Shown here in pieces: positions 25,957-34,285 of a stretch of DNA of 64,000 bases. Both the position numbers and the translations under genes were made by a program. Location of the stretch: the NCBI GenBank assembly GCA_021786355.1, contig JAJYNK010000009.1, positions 517 to 64,516 on the forward strand. Reading direction: 5' to 3'. The stretch's first letter is position 1, and each line of letters begins with the position of its first letter. The notes under the pieces were generated by a model. The model had not been told where the DNA came from and ran no database searches. It saw nothing but the letters and a program-made list of their open reading frames with translations. This DNA is from a bacterium. GTDB taxonomy: Bacteria > Patescibacteriota > Minisyncoccia > UBA6257 > UBA9933.

Positions 25957-26970
25957 ATGCTTAATAAAGAAATACATCTCTCTTCTAAAATTTTTGAAAA
26001 TCATAACGAAAAGGCGCTTCGAGACGGATTCGGCGAAGGCTTAATGGAGCTCGGGGAAGAAAATAAAGACGTGGTTGTCTTGTGCGCGGATTTAAAAGAA
26101 TCAACACGTTGCCACTGGTTTGCCGATAAATTTCCCGAAAGATTTTTCGAAATCGGCGTCGCGGAACAAAACATGGCGACAATCGCCGCCGGACTGGGAG
26201 TAGCCGGAAAAATTCCTTTTATTTCTTCTTATGCGGTTTTTTCTCCTGGCAGAAATTGGGAGCAAATAAGAACTACAATCGCTTACAACGATTCGAACGT
26301 AAAAATTGCGGGACATCACGCCGGAATTTCAACCGGAGCTGACGGCGCAACCCACCAGGCAACCGAAGACATCGCCACAATGCGGGCGATGGCAAATATG
26401 AAAGTAATCGTTCCGTTTGACTATGAAGAGGCAAAAAAAGCGACTATAGCGGCTGCCAAAATCTGGGGCCCGGTTTATATAAGATTGGCGCGAGAGAAAA
26501 CTCCGGAAATAACAACAAGCAAAACCCGTTTTGTTCCGGGAAAATCCTATATCTTATGGGAATCAAACCCTTCGACGAGCTCAGGACGGAGAAAACCGCA
26601 GGCGGTAATTATCGGCGCCGGACCGTTGCTCTATAACGCGCTTTTGGCGGCAAAAGAACTGGAAAAAGAAAAAATCGGGGTGGTAGTTTTAAATTCTCAC
26701 ACCATAAAACCTCTTGATGAAAATAAAATCGTTGAATTGGCAAAAAAATATCGGGCAATCGTAACAGTTGAAGAACATACTATAATAGGAGGGCTGGGAT
26801 CGGCCGTAGCCGAAGTTTTGGCAAAACACGCGCCAACGGCAATGGAGTTTGTGGGCATACAAGATGTTTTTGGCCAAAGCGGAGAGCCAAAAGAATTGAT
26901 TAGCAAATATGGCATGGGAACAAAAGACATAGAAAATGCCGTTAAAAAGGTTTTAAAAAGAAAAAGATAA
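25957..26970 (+). CDS. Transketolase C-terminal subunit (pyrimidine-binding plus C-terminal domains); no N-terminal subunit gene adjacent
   Basis: FFEIGVAEQNMATIAAGL, GISTGADGATHQATEDIATMRAM and HTIKPLD motifs of transketolase C-terminal sections. Confidence 0.85.
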   Translation: MLNKEIHLSSKIFENHNEKALRDGFGEGLMELGEENKDVVVLCADLKESTRCHWFADKFPERFFEIGVAEQNMATIAAGLGVAGKIPFISSYAVFSPGRNWEQIRTTIAYNDSNVKIAGHHAGISTGADGATHQATEDIATMRAMANMKVIVPFDYEEAKKATIAAAKIWGPVYIRLAREKTPEITTSKTRFVPGKSYILWESNPSTSSGRRKPQAVIIGAGPLLYNALLAAKELEKEKIGVVVLNSHTIKPLDENKIVELAKKYRAIVTVEEHTIIGGLGSAVAEVLAKHAPTAMEFVGIQDVFGQSGEPKELISKYGMGTKDIENAVKKVLKRKR

Positions 26971-26990
26971 TCAAAACACTGGGGAGTTGA

Positions 26991-27298
26991 CCCCGCACCT
27001 TTTAAGCTCACAATCGTTTTTTGAAAATGTATTACATGTATATACTAAAAAGCAAGGTTAATGGTGAATTGTATATAGGAAGCACCGGTAACATCAAAAA
27101 ACGATTAGAAGAGCATAATTTGGGAAAGGAAAAAGCTACCAAAAGTTATAAACCTTGGAAAATCGTTTATCTAGAAGGCTATTTTTCTGAAAATGACGCC
27201 AGAACCAGAGAACACAATCTTAAACACTTCGGCAAGGTTTATTCCCAGCTGAAACGAAGAATTAAAAATAGCCTTCAAGAGTCTTAAAAGGTGCGGGG
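26991..27298. repeat. 16-bp perfect inverted repeat CCCCGCACCTTTTAAG (26991-27006) / CTTAAAAGGTGCGGGG (27283-27298) bracketing the GIY-YIG ORF
   Basis: Verified base by base. The right arm begins at the ORF's stop codon. Confidence 0.85.
27021..27287 (+). CDS. GIY-YIG nuclease domain protein (88 aa, homing-endonuclease-like)
   Basis: YMYILKSKVNGELYIGSTGNIKKRLEEHN matches GIY-YIG. Confidence 0.8.
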   Translation: MKMYYMYILKSKVNGELYIGSTGNIKKRLEEHNLGKEKATKSYKPWKIVYLEGYFSENDARTREHNLKHFGKVYSQLKRRIKNSLQES

Positions 27299-27346
27299 TT
27301 GATGATATAATAAAAGCGACAAAACGGGCGATCAGGAGAAAATAAT

Positions 27347-28387
27347 ATGTTCGACATAATCACCATAGGAACCGCGACTCAAGACGTTTTTTTGACCGGC
27401 AAACTTTTTAAAGTCATAAAAGATCCAAAACACTTGGAAAAAATCGGAATCTTAACCGGAGAAGCCGAGTGTTTTGCTTTGGGCTCGAAAATAGAAATAG
27501 AAAAACCGGTTTTTTCCATCGGCGGAGGAGCGGCAAACGCGGCCGTAACCTTTAGCCGACAAGGATTAAAAACAGCTTCTTTGATAAAGCTGGGGAAAGA
27601 CCCGGAAGCCGAATCTATTTTGAAAGAATTGAAAAGGGAAAAAGTTTTCCCGCTTCCTATTTATGACAAAAAGTTGAGCACTGCTTATTCAGTCGTGCTT
27701 CTTGCGCCGTCAGGAGAAAGAACCATTTTGGTTTACAGAGGCGCCTCAAAATATTTAAAAATAAGCGAAATTCCTTTTAATAAAATAAGATCCCGCTGGG
27801 CTTACATTTCTCCGGGAAACATTCCGTTTCCAACACTTCTAAAAATTTATTCACACCTGAAAAAACAAAATACGCTTATCGCCATAAATCCATCAAAACA
27901 TCTTATGGAAATGGGCATTAAAAAACTTGAGCCGATCTTATCGAAAAGCAAAGTTGTGATTTTAAACCGCGAAGAAGCGTCTTGTCTTACGAAAACTAAA
28001 TACCAGAACGAAAAAGAAATTTTCCGGCGACTGGACAAAGCCGTTTTAGGAATAGCGGTGATGACCGACGGACCAAAAGGAGTTATCGTTTCGGACGGAA
28101 GAAAAATATATCAAGCCGGAACTTTTAAAAACAAAAAAGTTGTCGACGAGACAGGAGCGGGCGATTCTTTCGGAAGCGGATTTGTTTGCGGGCTAATTCG
28201 CAAAAAAGAAAGATGCGATAAAAATAAATGCGTACCCGCCAACATCACTTACGCGATACGGCTCGCTACGGCAAACGCAATTTCAAATCTTGAAAAAATC
28301 GGGGCCACGGAAGGGCTGCTGACAAAAAACGACTTTGAAAAAAATCCAAGGTGGAAAACCTTAAAAATAAAGATTAATGATATTTGA
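27347..28387 (+). CDS. PfkB-family carbohydrate kinase (ribokinase-like)
   Basis: GGGAANAAVTF near the N-terminus and the DETGAGDSFGSGF anion-hole motif. Confidence 0.8.
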   Translation: MFDIITIGTATQDVFLTGKLFKVIKDPKHLEKIGILTGEAECFALGSKIEIEKPVFSIGGGAANAAVTFSRQGLKTASLIKLGKDPEAESILKELKREKVFPLPIYDKKLSTAYSVVLLAPSGERTILVYRGASKYLKISEIPFNKIRSRWAYISPGNIPFPTLLKIYSHLKKQNTLIAINPSKHLMEMGIKKLEPILSKSKVVILNREEASCLTKTKYQNEKEIFRRLDKAVLGIAVMTDGPKGVIVSDGRKIYQAGTFKNKKVVDETGAGDSFGSGFVCGLIRKKERCDKNKCVPANITYAIRLATANAISNLEKIGATEGLLTKNDFEKNPRWKTLKIKINDI

Positions 28388-28460
28388 ACTTCGCGCCTAA
28401 TTATTTTTCTTTTGCAATTTGGAATTTAACTTTTTTTAGTGTTAAATAGATAAACAATGA

Positions 28461-28580
28461 ATCCCGTTAGAAATAATGAACAATATGACTTTATGTTATC
28501 AAATACTTTAATTTATAAAAACGTCGATTATTTAGCATTATTTAACTTTGGCACATTTTTTGTGCAATTTCTAACGGGAT
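28461..28580. repeat. Hairpin repeat, family B copy (ATCCCGTTAGAAAT ... ATTTCTAACGGGAT). The right arm overlaps the ATG of the next gene. Inner hairpin GCACA-TTTTT-TGTGC.
   Basis: 14-bp perfect arms about 92 nt apart. A motif ATGAACAA(T/C)AT occurs after both arms. Confidence 0.8.
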
Positions 28581-29163
28581 GAACAACATAGAAAATTATC
28601 GAAAACCTAAAATCTGCGTTTCCGGAACCGCAGAATTAAGCGATTTCAGCGAAAATACTAATTTAATCGCCGAAAAATTAGGCGAGGAAATAGCCAAACA
28701 AGGCGCGATTTTGGTTGATGGAGCAACAACCGGTTTTCCGCAATGGGCGGCAAAAGGCGCAAAAAATGTCGGGGGCTTTGTAATCGGATTTTCGCCGGCG
28801 GACACGGAAAAAAACCACGTTGAATTATTCGGACTGCCGACCGATTACCACGATATGATAGTTTATACCGGCTTCCATTATTCAGGGCGGAATTTAATTC
28901 TTACTCGATCTTCCGATGCGGTTATTGTCGGTCCGGGAAGAATCGGCACAATCAACGAATTCACCATAGCTTTTGAAGACAACAAGCCTTTGGGAATTTT
29001 ACAAGGCGATTGGGACACGGACGAAACTTTTAAAATGCTTATTGAAAAATCTCACCGCGCCCAGGAAAGGAAAGGAAAAATATTTTTTGATTCTAATCCT
29101 AAATCGTTGGTTGAAAAAATAATCGAAGCTATCAATAAAGAGACTTTAAAATACGAAAAATGA
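28579..29163 (+). CDS. LOG/TIGR00725-like Rossmann-fold protein
   Basis: VDGATTGFPQWAAKGA and VGPGRIGTINEF resemble the GGGxGxMG and PGGxGTxxE motifs of the LOG family. Confidence 0.6.
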   Translation: MNNIENYRKPKICVSGTAELSDFSENTNLIAEKLGEEIAKQGAILVDGATTGFPQWAAKGAKNVGGFVIGFSPADTEKNHVELFGLPTDYHDMIVYTGFHYSGRNLILTRSSDAVIVGPGRIGTINEFTIAFEDNKPLGILQGDWDTDETFKMLIEKSHRAQERKGKIFFDSNPKSLVEKIIEAINKETLKYEK

Positions 29164-29220
29164 CCCCAATTATTCGATGATCTTAAAAGGTCGAGAATAA
29201 ATTCATCGGGACAAATAAAA

Positions 29221-29481
29221 ATGGCCAATTCAAAAAAAGAAAAACCGATCGGCAAAGTAACCCACTATTACGGCAATATCAACGTGGCAATAGTTAAATT
29301 CAACAAAAACGTAGACGTCGGCGCAAAAGTCCATTTTAAGGGCGCCCACACCGATTTTGAACAAGAAATCGGCTCTATGCAGTTTGACCACAAAGATATT
29401 TCTTCCGCTAAAAAAGGCCAAGACGTGGGCATAAAAGTGAACGAAAAAGTTCACGAAAACGACGAAGTTTTTGAAGCTTAG
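29221..29481 (+). CDS. Hypothetical small protein (86 aa)
   Basis: ORF with a plausible RBS. No confident family. Confidence 0.35.
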   Translation: MANSKKEKPIGKVTHYYGNINVAIVKFNKNVDVGAKVHFKGAHTDFEQEIGSMQFDHKDISSAKKGQDVGIKVNEKVHENDEVFEA

Positions 29482-29506
29482 CCTTTAAATTTCTTAATAT
29501 CAAAGC

Positions 29507-30640
29507 ATGATGTTCTTTTTGTTGTCCACCGGACTCCTGGTCGGGTCAATTATCGGGGCGGGAATATTTTCTCTGCCGTATGTTTTTTCAAAATCCGGAT
29601 TTCTCGCCGGAATTATTTATCTTTTAGTTTTAGGTATTTGTACTTTTTTAGTTCATCTAATGTACGCGGACATTATCGCGAGAACCAACGAAACACACCA
29701 TCGTTTTCCGGGATACGCCAAAATTTATCTGGGAGAAAAATCCGGACAACTGGCCGGAATCATAGTGTTTCTGGCAAACTTTTTAACACTGACGGTTTAT
29801 TTAATCCTTTCAATAAGTTTTTTTAATTTAATCAGCCCGCAGTTTCCGCTTTATTATAAATTTTTAATATTTTGGATTCTCGGCTCACTGACTATTTTTT
29901 TGAAAATAGAAAAGGCGGCGTTTTTTGAAATACTGACAACCTCGCTGACAATCGCGGTCATTGTCGCGGTTTTTTTGGCCGGGTACTTTTACGGATTGCC
30001 GGCGGTAAATTCGCCGTCCACGACTTTAAATAATTTAACCCTGCCTTTCAGTCCGACTTTATTTTCTTTATTGGGGCTTGGAGCAATTCCCGCGCTTCTG
30101 GTTTATTTTCGGGAAAAAAAATTGCCTTTTAATAAAATCAAGCGGGTTCTTTTGTGGTCAACGCTAATTGTCGTTATCGCCTATATTTTATTTGTTTTAG
30201 GAATAAGTCGACTTTCGGGAACGGTTTCCGAAGACGCGGTCTCGGGACTGATAGGAAATATCTCTCCGACGATTTTATTTTTCCTGGGAATTTTCGGAAT
30301 TGTTTCGCTTTTAGATTCCTATATGTCGGTGGCTTTTGACGTGGAAAAAACAATGCACTACGAATGGAAGCTGCCGAAGTGGCTTTCTAAAAGTTTCGTG
30401 GTTTTTCTTCCGCCATCCCTTTATTTTTTGGGATTTCAAAATTTTCTTTCTTCAATCGGCGTTGTCGGCGGAATCTTATTTGGCTTGTGGGGGATAATGA
30501 TAATTCTTGTCTGGCGGAAAACCTCGGCTTCATCCTGCCCCACGCAGATTGTCGAAAAAATCCCCAACTGGCTTATTTATTTTCTTTTTGCCGTCTTTAC
30601 CGCAGGAATCGTTTATGAGATTATTTACGCGTTAGCGTAA
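29507..30640 (+). CDS. Amino acid transporter-like polytopic membrane protein
   Basis: About 11 TM segments. The N-terminal GAGIFSLPYVFSKSG resembles Aa_trans/tyrosine-tryptophan permease families. Confidence 0.55.
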   Translation: MMFFLLSTGLLVGSIIGAGIFSLPYVFSKSGFLAGIIYLLVLGICTFLVHLMYADIIARTNETHHRFPGYAKIYLGEKSGQLAGIIVFLANFLTLTVYLILSISFFNLISPQFPLYYKFLIFWILGSLTIFLKIEKAAFFEILTTSLTIAVIVAVFLAGYFYGLPAVNSPSTTLNNLTLPFSPTLFSLLGLGAIPALLVYFREKKLPFNKIKRVLLWSTLIVVIAYILFVLGISRLSGTVSEDAVSGLIGNISPTILFFLGIFGIVSLLDSYMSVAFDVEKTMHYEWKLPKWLSKSFVVFLPPSLYFLGFQNFLSSIGVVGGILFGLWGIMIILVWRKTSASSCPTQIVEKIPNWLIYFLFAVFTAGIVYEIIYALA

Positions 30641-30665
30641 ATTAGCCACTAGAAAAAGAAAAATT

Positions 30666-30737
30666 GCGCCCGTAGTTCAACGGATAGAATACATCCCTCC
30701 GAAGGATGAGATCGAGGTTCAATTCCCCGCAGGCGCA
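30666..30737 (+). tRNA. tRNA-Arg (anticodon CCG) with two C-A mismatches (acceptor 6-67, T stem 51-63)
   Basis: Acceptor GCGCCCG/CAGGCGC, D arm GTTC-AACGGATA-GAAT, anticodon stem CATCC/GGATG with loop CTCCGAA, T loop TTCAATT. Confidence 0.55.
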
Positions 30738-30782
30738 CAAAGGGAAGATTTTACCTAGCACCACCGCTGCCCATTACGAGGG

Positions 30783-31817
30783 TCAAAACCTCGCAATGTC
30801 CTTGATGGTTATCAGTAGCATCAAAGCAAGAAGCAATGCCAAACCAACAGCGTTGGCGTAACGTTCAAACTTAACAGGCAATGGAGAGCCTTTTATTTTT
30901 TCAATTAACAAAAACAAAATTCTTCCGCCGTCCAAAGCCGGAAACGGAAATATGTTTATCGCCGCCAAGTTCAAAGAAATCAGGGCTAGAAGCTGAAATA
31001 AATAAACTATACCTAATTTACTGACCTCGCCGGTGATTTTTACGATCCCGACCGGCCCGGTTAGTCCTGCTAAACTGCCCTCGCCCAAAATCGCGGTTTT
31101 AATAAGATTAAATATCGCCACATAAATCATTGAAAAAATTTCAAACGCGCTTTTTAAACCCTCCCAAACAGCTTTGAACACGTTCATTTTAGGCTGGCCC
31201 GCGTCTATCAAAGCCACTCCCAAAGCGCCTTCGCCAACAGGCGGATTTTTTCTAGGCGTTGATTTTATTTCAATTTCTTTTCCGGCGCGCTCTATTTTTA
31301 AATTAACTTTTTGCCCGCGATGCTGGTCTATAAAACTTATAAAATCTTTAGTTGTTTTAAAATCAACCAGCTTGTCATTAGATAAAATACCGCTTTCAGC
31401 GGCCGGGCTGCCCGCCTTAACATCGGTAATAAAAACCGCCTGCGGCACGCCAATCGAAAAAACAATCGCGATAAGTATCCAGCCGAGGATAAAATTCATC
31501 ACCACTCCGGCGGCGATAATAATAATTCTTTTCCAAACCGGCAAAAATGAAAAATTCCTCGATTTATTCTCTTTTGAAAGAATTTCGTCTTTATCTTCCT
31601 GGTCTTCTCCGTAAATTTTCACGAACCCGCCAAAGGGAAGCGCGTTGATACTATAAACAGTTTCTCCTTTTTTCTTTCCCCAGATTTTGGGGGGTAAGCC
31701 GAATCCGAATTCCTGAATCCAAAGCCCGAATTTTTTGGCAGTCAAAAAATGCCCTAATTCGTGGACTATAATAAAAACGGAAATAAAAATTACAACCACT
31801 ATAATTCCTAGCAACAT
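30783..31817 (-). CDS. rseP: RIP metalloprotease RseP (site-2 protease) with a PDZ domain
   Basis: HELGHFLTAKKFG zinc motif, PDZ region and C-terminal LDGG. Confidence 0.85.
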   Translation of the reverse strand: MLLGIIVVVIFISVFIIVHELGHFLTAKKFGLWIQEFGFGLPPKIWGKKKGETVYSINALPFGGFVKIYGEDQEDKDEILSKENKSRNFSFLPVWKRIIIIAAGVVMNFILGWILIAIVFSIGVPQAVFITDVKAGSPAAESGILSNDKLVDFKTTKDFISFIDQHRGQKVNLKIERAGKEIEIKSTPRKNPPVGEGALGVALIDAGQPKMNVFKAVWEGLKSAFEIFSMIYVAIFNLIKTAILGEGSLAGLTGPVGIVKITGEVSKLGIVYLFQLLALISLNLAAINIFPFPALDGGRILFLLIEKIKGSPLPVKFERYANAVGLALLLALMLLITIKDIARF

Positions 31818-31822
31818 AAATG

Positions 31823-32374
31823 TTATTCTTCTATTTCTTTAATTTTCTGTTCCAATATTTTTTCGATTTCTTCATTGGCTTTGTCGGTTGCTTCCTGAAT
31901 TTTGTCTTTTGCTTTGAATTTACCGTCTTCGGTGATTTTGCCGGCCTCGAATTCATTTTTGCTTTCTTTTATGGCTTCGTCTCTGTGGCTTCTTATTCCG
32001 ATGCGCGCTGATTCGCCTTCTTTTTTAACAATTTTAATAAGCTCTTCGCGGCGCTCTTGCGACAAAGGAGGCAGATTTATATGAATCACATTTCCGTCAA
32101 CCGAGCTGGAAACGTTTAAATTGGAAGATTCAATGGCTTTAGCGACAATATTAACCGCGTTTTTATCCCAAATTGATATTTGAATTTCTCGAGGCGGGAC
32201 AACGCTAATAGCGCCAACTTGCTTGACAGTTAATTTCTGGCCGTAATACTCCACTGAGATGTCTTCCACGAGCTTAGGAGAAGGCCGGTTGCCGCGAACC
32301 GTGCCAAGTTCCGATTTCAAATGTTCCATATTTTGTTTTAACCCAAGCTCGAGGTTTTTTAAGATAATATCCAT
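31823..32374 (-). CDS. frr: Ribosome recycling factor
   Basis: LKSELGTVRGNRPSPKLVEDI..., 183 aa, typical Frr. Confidence 0.9.
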   Translation of the reverse strand: MDIILKNLELGLKQNMEHLKSELGTVRGNRPSPKLVEDISVEYYGQKLTVKQVGAISVVPPREIQISIWDKNAVNIVAKAIESSNLNVSSSVDGNVIHINLPPLSQERREELIKIVKKEGESARIGIRSHRDEAIKESKNEFEAGKITEDGKFKAKDKIQEATDKANEEIEKILEQKIKEIEE

Positions 32375-32497
32375 TGGGTTATTTTAGCATTTAAGATCGG
32401 CGCGCGAAAGCACTATTTTATAATTAATCAAAATTCTGCGCCGCGCACTATAGTATACTATAGTGCCATCAGCTAATCCAGGGTTGTCTTCGCTTAA

Positions 32498-33205
32498 TTA
32501 TTTTTTAGCGTTTTTTAAAAGACTTTCAACCAGTCGAACTTGGAGTTTTTTGTTTAAATTAAAACGCTTCATTAAAGAAAGACGGTTAAGAGCCTCTTTT
32601 AACACGAGGTGATTTTTTTTAACGTCCTTTGCCAGTTTGGCGATTATTTCGTTAAGTTTTTCTGTTTGGTCATCGCCATTTGATTCTTTTTTTTCTTTTT
32701 CTGATTTTTCAGGATGGGGACTCGCCCTCCGAAGCCTTGGCGAAGGAGGGAAATAAATTTTCTGGAAACGCGAAGAAACGGTTGGTAAAAGATTTTCCGG
32801 ATTTTGCCCTATTAAAATTATCAAGGACTGCTTGGGCGGTTCTTCAACTATTTTTAATATCGCGCTTTGAGCTTCAGAAGTTAATTTTTCGGCTCCGGTG
32901 ATTATAACTGTTTTTCTTTTAGCCACAGCCGGCCGATAATAAAGAAATTTTTGCAGATTGCGAATTTCATCTATGCCGATACTACCCTTTTCATTGGGGC
33001 CGATAACGGACAAATCCTGCAGCAGCTTGCTTGAATCGCCAAACTTTCCGATTTCCAAAAAATTCGCCAGCTTTTTGGCAAAATTAAAAATTTCTTTTTG
33101 GCTTTCTCCGAAAAAAAAATAAGAATGGGAGAGATGGCTGTTTTCGGCAAGCGATTTAAAATTTTGTTCGGCTTCTTTGAAAAAATCCATTGGTTTATTT
33201 GTCAT
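32498..33205 (-). CDS. holB: DNA polymerase III delta-prime subunit-like (AAA+ clamp-loader lid)
   Basis: SHSYFFFGESQ (Walker A-degenerate, delta-prime-like) and the TVSSRFQKIYFPP sensor region. Confidence 0.65.
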   Translation of the reverse strand: MTNKPMDFFKEAEQNFKSLAENSHLSHSYFFFGESQKEIFNFAKKLANFLEIGKFGDSSKLLQDLSVIGPNEKGSIGIDEIRNLQKFLYYRPAVAKRKTVIITGAEKLTSEAQSAILKIVEEPPKQSLIILIGQNPENLLPTVSSRFQKIYFPPSPRLRRASPHPEKSEKEKKESNGDDQTEKLNEIIAKLAKDVKKNHLVLKEALNRLSLMKRFNLNKKLQVRLVESLLKNAKK

Positions 33206-33262
33206 CCCGAGTCGCCTTAGGCAACGAGGGATCTCTCGATTCTTCGCTACGCTCAGAATGAC
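33201..33262. repeat. Repeated 5'-UTR element D copy 2. Its end (GGGATGAC) supplies the holB ATG.
   Basis: Shares GTCATCCCGAG and AGGGATCTC..GATTCTTCGCT.CGCTC.GAATGAC with copy 1 at 18389. Confidence 0.75.
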
Positions 33263-33281
33263 AGACGCAGCCTAAATACGA

Positions 33282-33689
33282 TTATCTCTTTTTCATTTTA
33301 ATTATTTTCAAAACGTCTTTACCGCTTAAAATTTCCGCGTTAGACCCGATAACTTTGAGTCCGTTATATTCCTTAGGGTCGTGGGAAGCGGTAATTATCG
33401 CGCCCGGAGCTTTGAATTTATTAGCACAAAAGTTGAGCATAGGCGTTGTAGAAAGACCGATATCGATTATATCCAATTCACCTTTACTTCCTTCAATAAG
33501 GCCTTTCACGAAAGATTTTTTAAGTTGCGGGGAGCTCAAGCGGACATCCTGGCCGATAAAAAATTTTTTATTTTTATTTTTGGTAAAATATTTTCCGAGA
33601 GCAGAGCCAATTTCAAAAAAAGTTTTTGAATTAACATCGGAAGGATATTTTCCTCTGATATCGTAAGCTCGAAAGATACCTTGGTTCAT
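33282..33689 (-). pseudogene. Phosphohexomutase (PGM/PMM/GlmM family) fragment: domain I only, 135 aa
   Basis: Contains the catalytic-Ser loop ITASHDPKEYNG (compare TASHNP) but ends after domain I. Full enzymes are about 450 aa. Confidence 0.6.
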
Positions 33690-33690
33690 T

Positions 33691-33718
33691 GGTTAATTAG
33701 TTAATTGGTTGATTAGTT
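33691..33718. repeat. Octamer-repeat motif M (GGTTAATTAGTTAATTGGTTGATTAGTT) immediately upstream of the start codon of the 33689 gene
   Basis: Related copies at 13234-13257, 54811-54840 and 62110-62146. Confidence 0.75.
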
Positions 33719-33815
33719 CAATAATACAGAAGTAGGTCACGGATGGCAATTTTACTTTACAAAAAAACTATATCTGCTACTTTTAAGACAGCACAAATCC
33801 AGCGAGGAGGCGATT

Positions 33816-34028
33816 ATGAGACTTTCAGTCGAATGCCTAGAGGCGGCCATCACAAGATTACACAACCTTCGGGCTGCTCAGATCATCGCAGAAAACCCAG
33901 CCGTTGCCAGTCTCGTAGCGGAAGAAACCCGGGATGCTGATTACTTATTAAAAAATATCAATGGGCTCCTGCGGGAAAGAATCACCCTCGATCTGATCTT
34001 TGACAAGATAGTCAACCCCGGTAACTGA
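33816..34028 (+). CDS. Hypothetical 70-aa protein in a higher-GC insert (33740-34260)
   Basis: GGAGG RBS 7 nt before the ATG. GC clearly above the backbone. Confidence 0.35.
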   Translation: MRLSVECLEAAITRLHNLRAAQIIAENPAVASLVAEETRDADYLLKNINGLLRERITLDLIFDKIVNPGN

Positions 34029-34257
34029 ACGCCGAGATATAGTCACAGAGAAAGAGAGGCGAAAATGTGTTGGCGAGATGATGTTCACACGAACAGAGTT
34101 TGTTCTTTTTGCCACCAACCCTATTACGGAGATCTTGGCCACAGAAACTGTCCAGCGCTTCGCAAGGAAAAGTCACCGGACAAGCTGAAGAAAATTTCCG
34201 CCGCCTCCAAACATCAAAAGAAGAGTTGTTAAAAATCGATTTCGATTGGACGAAAAA

Positions 34258-34285
34258 GCAGGCCCGGCGCCTGCTTTCTTTTTTA
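34258..34285. terminator. Bidirectional terminator hairpin GCAGGCCCGGCGCCTGC with T-runs on both strands
   Basis: TTTCTTTTTT follows on the plus strand and TTTTTCG follows on the minus strand (glyQS 3' end). Confidence 0.7.
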
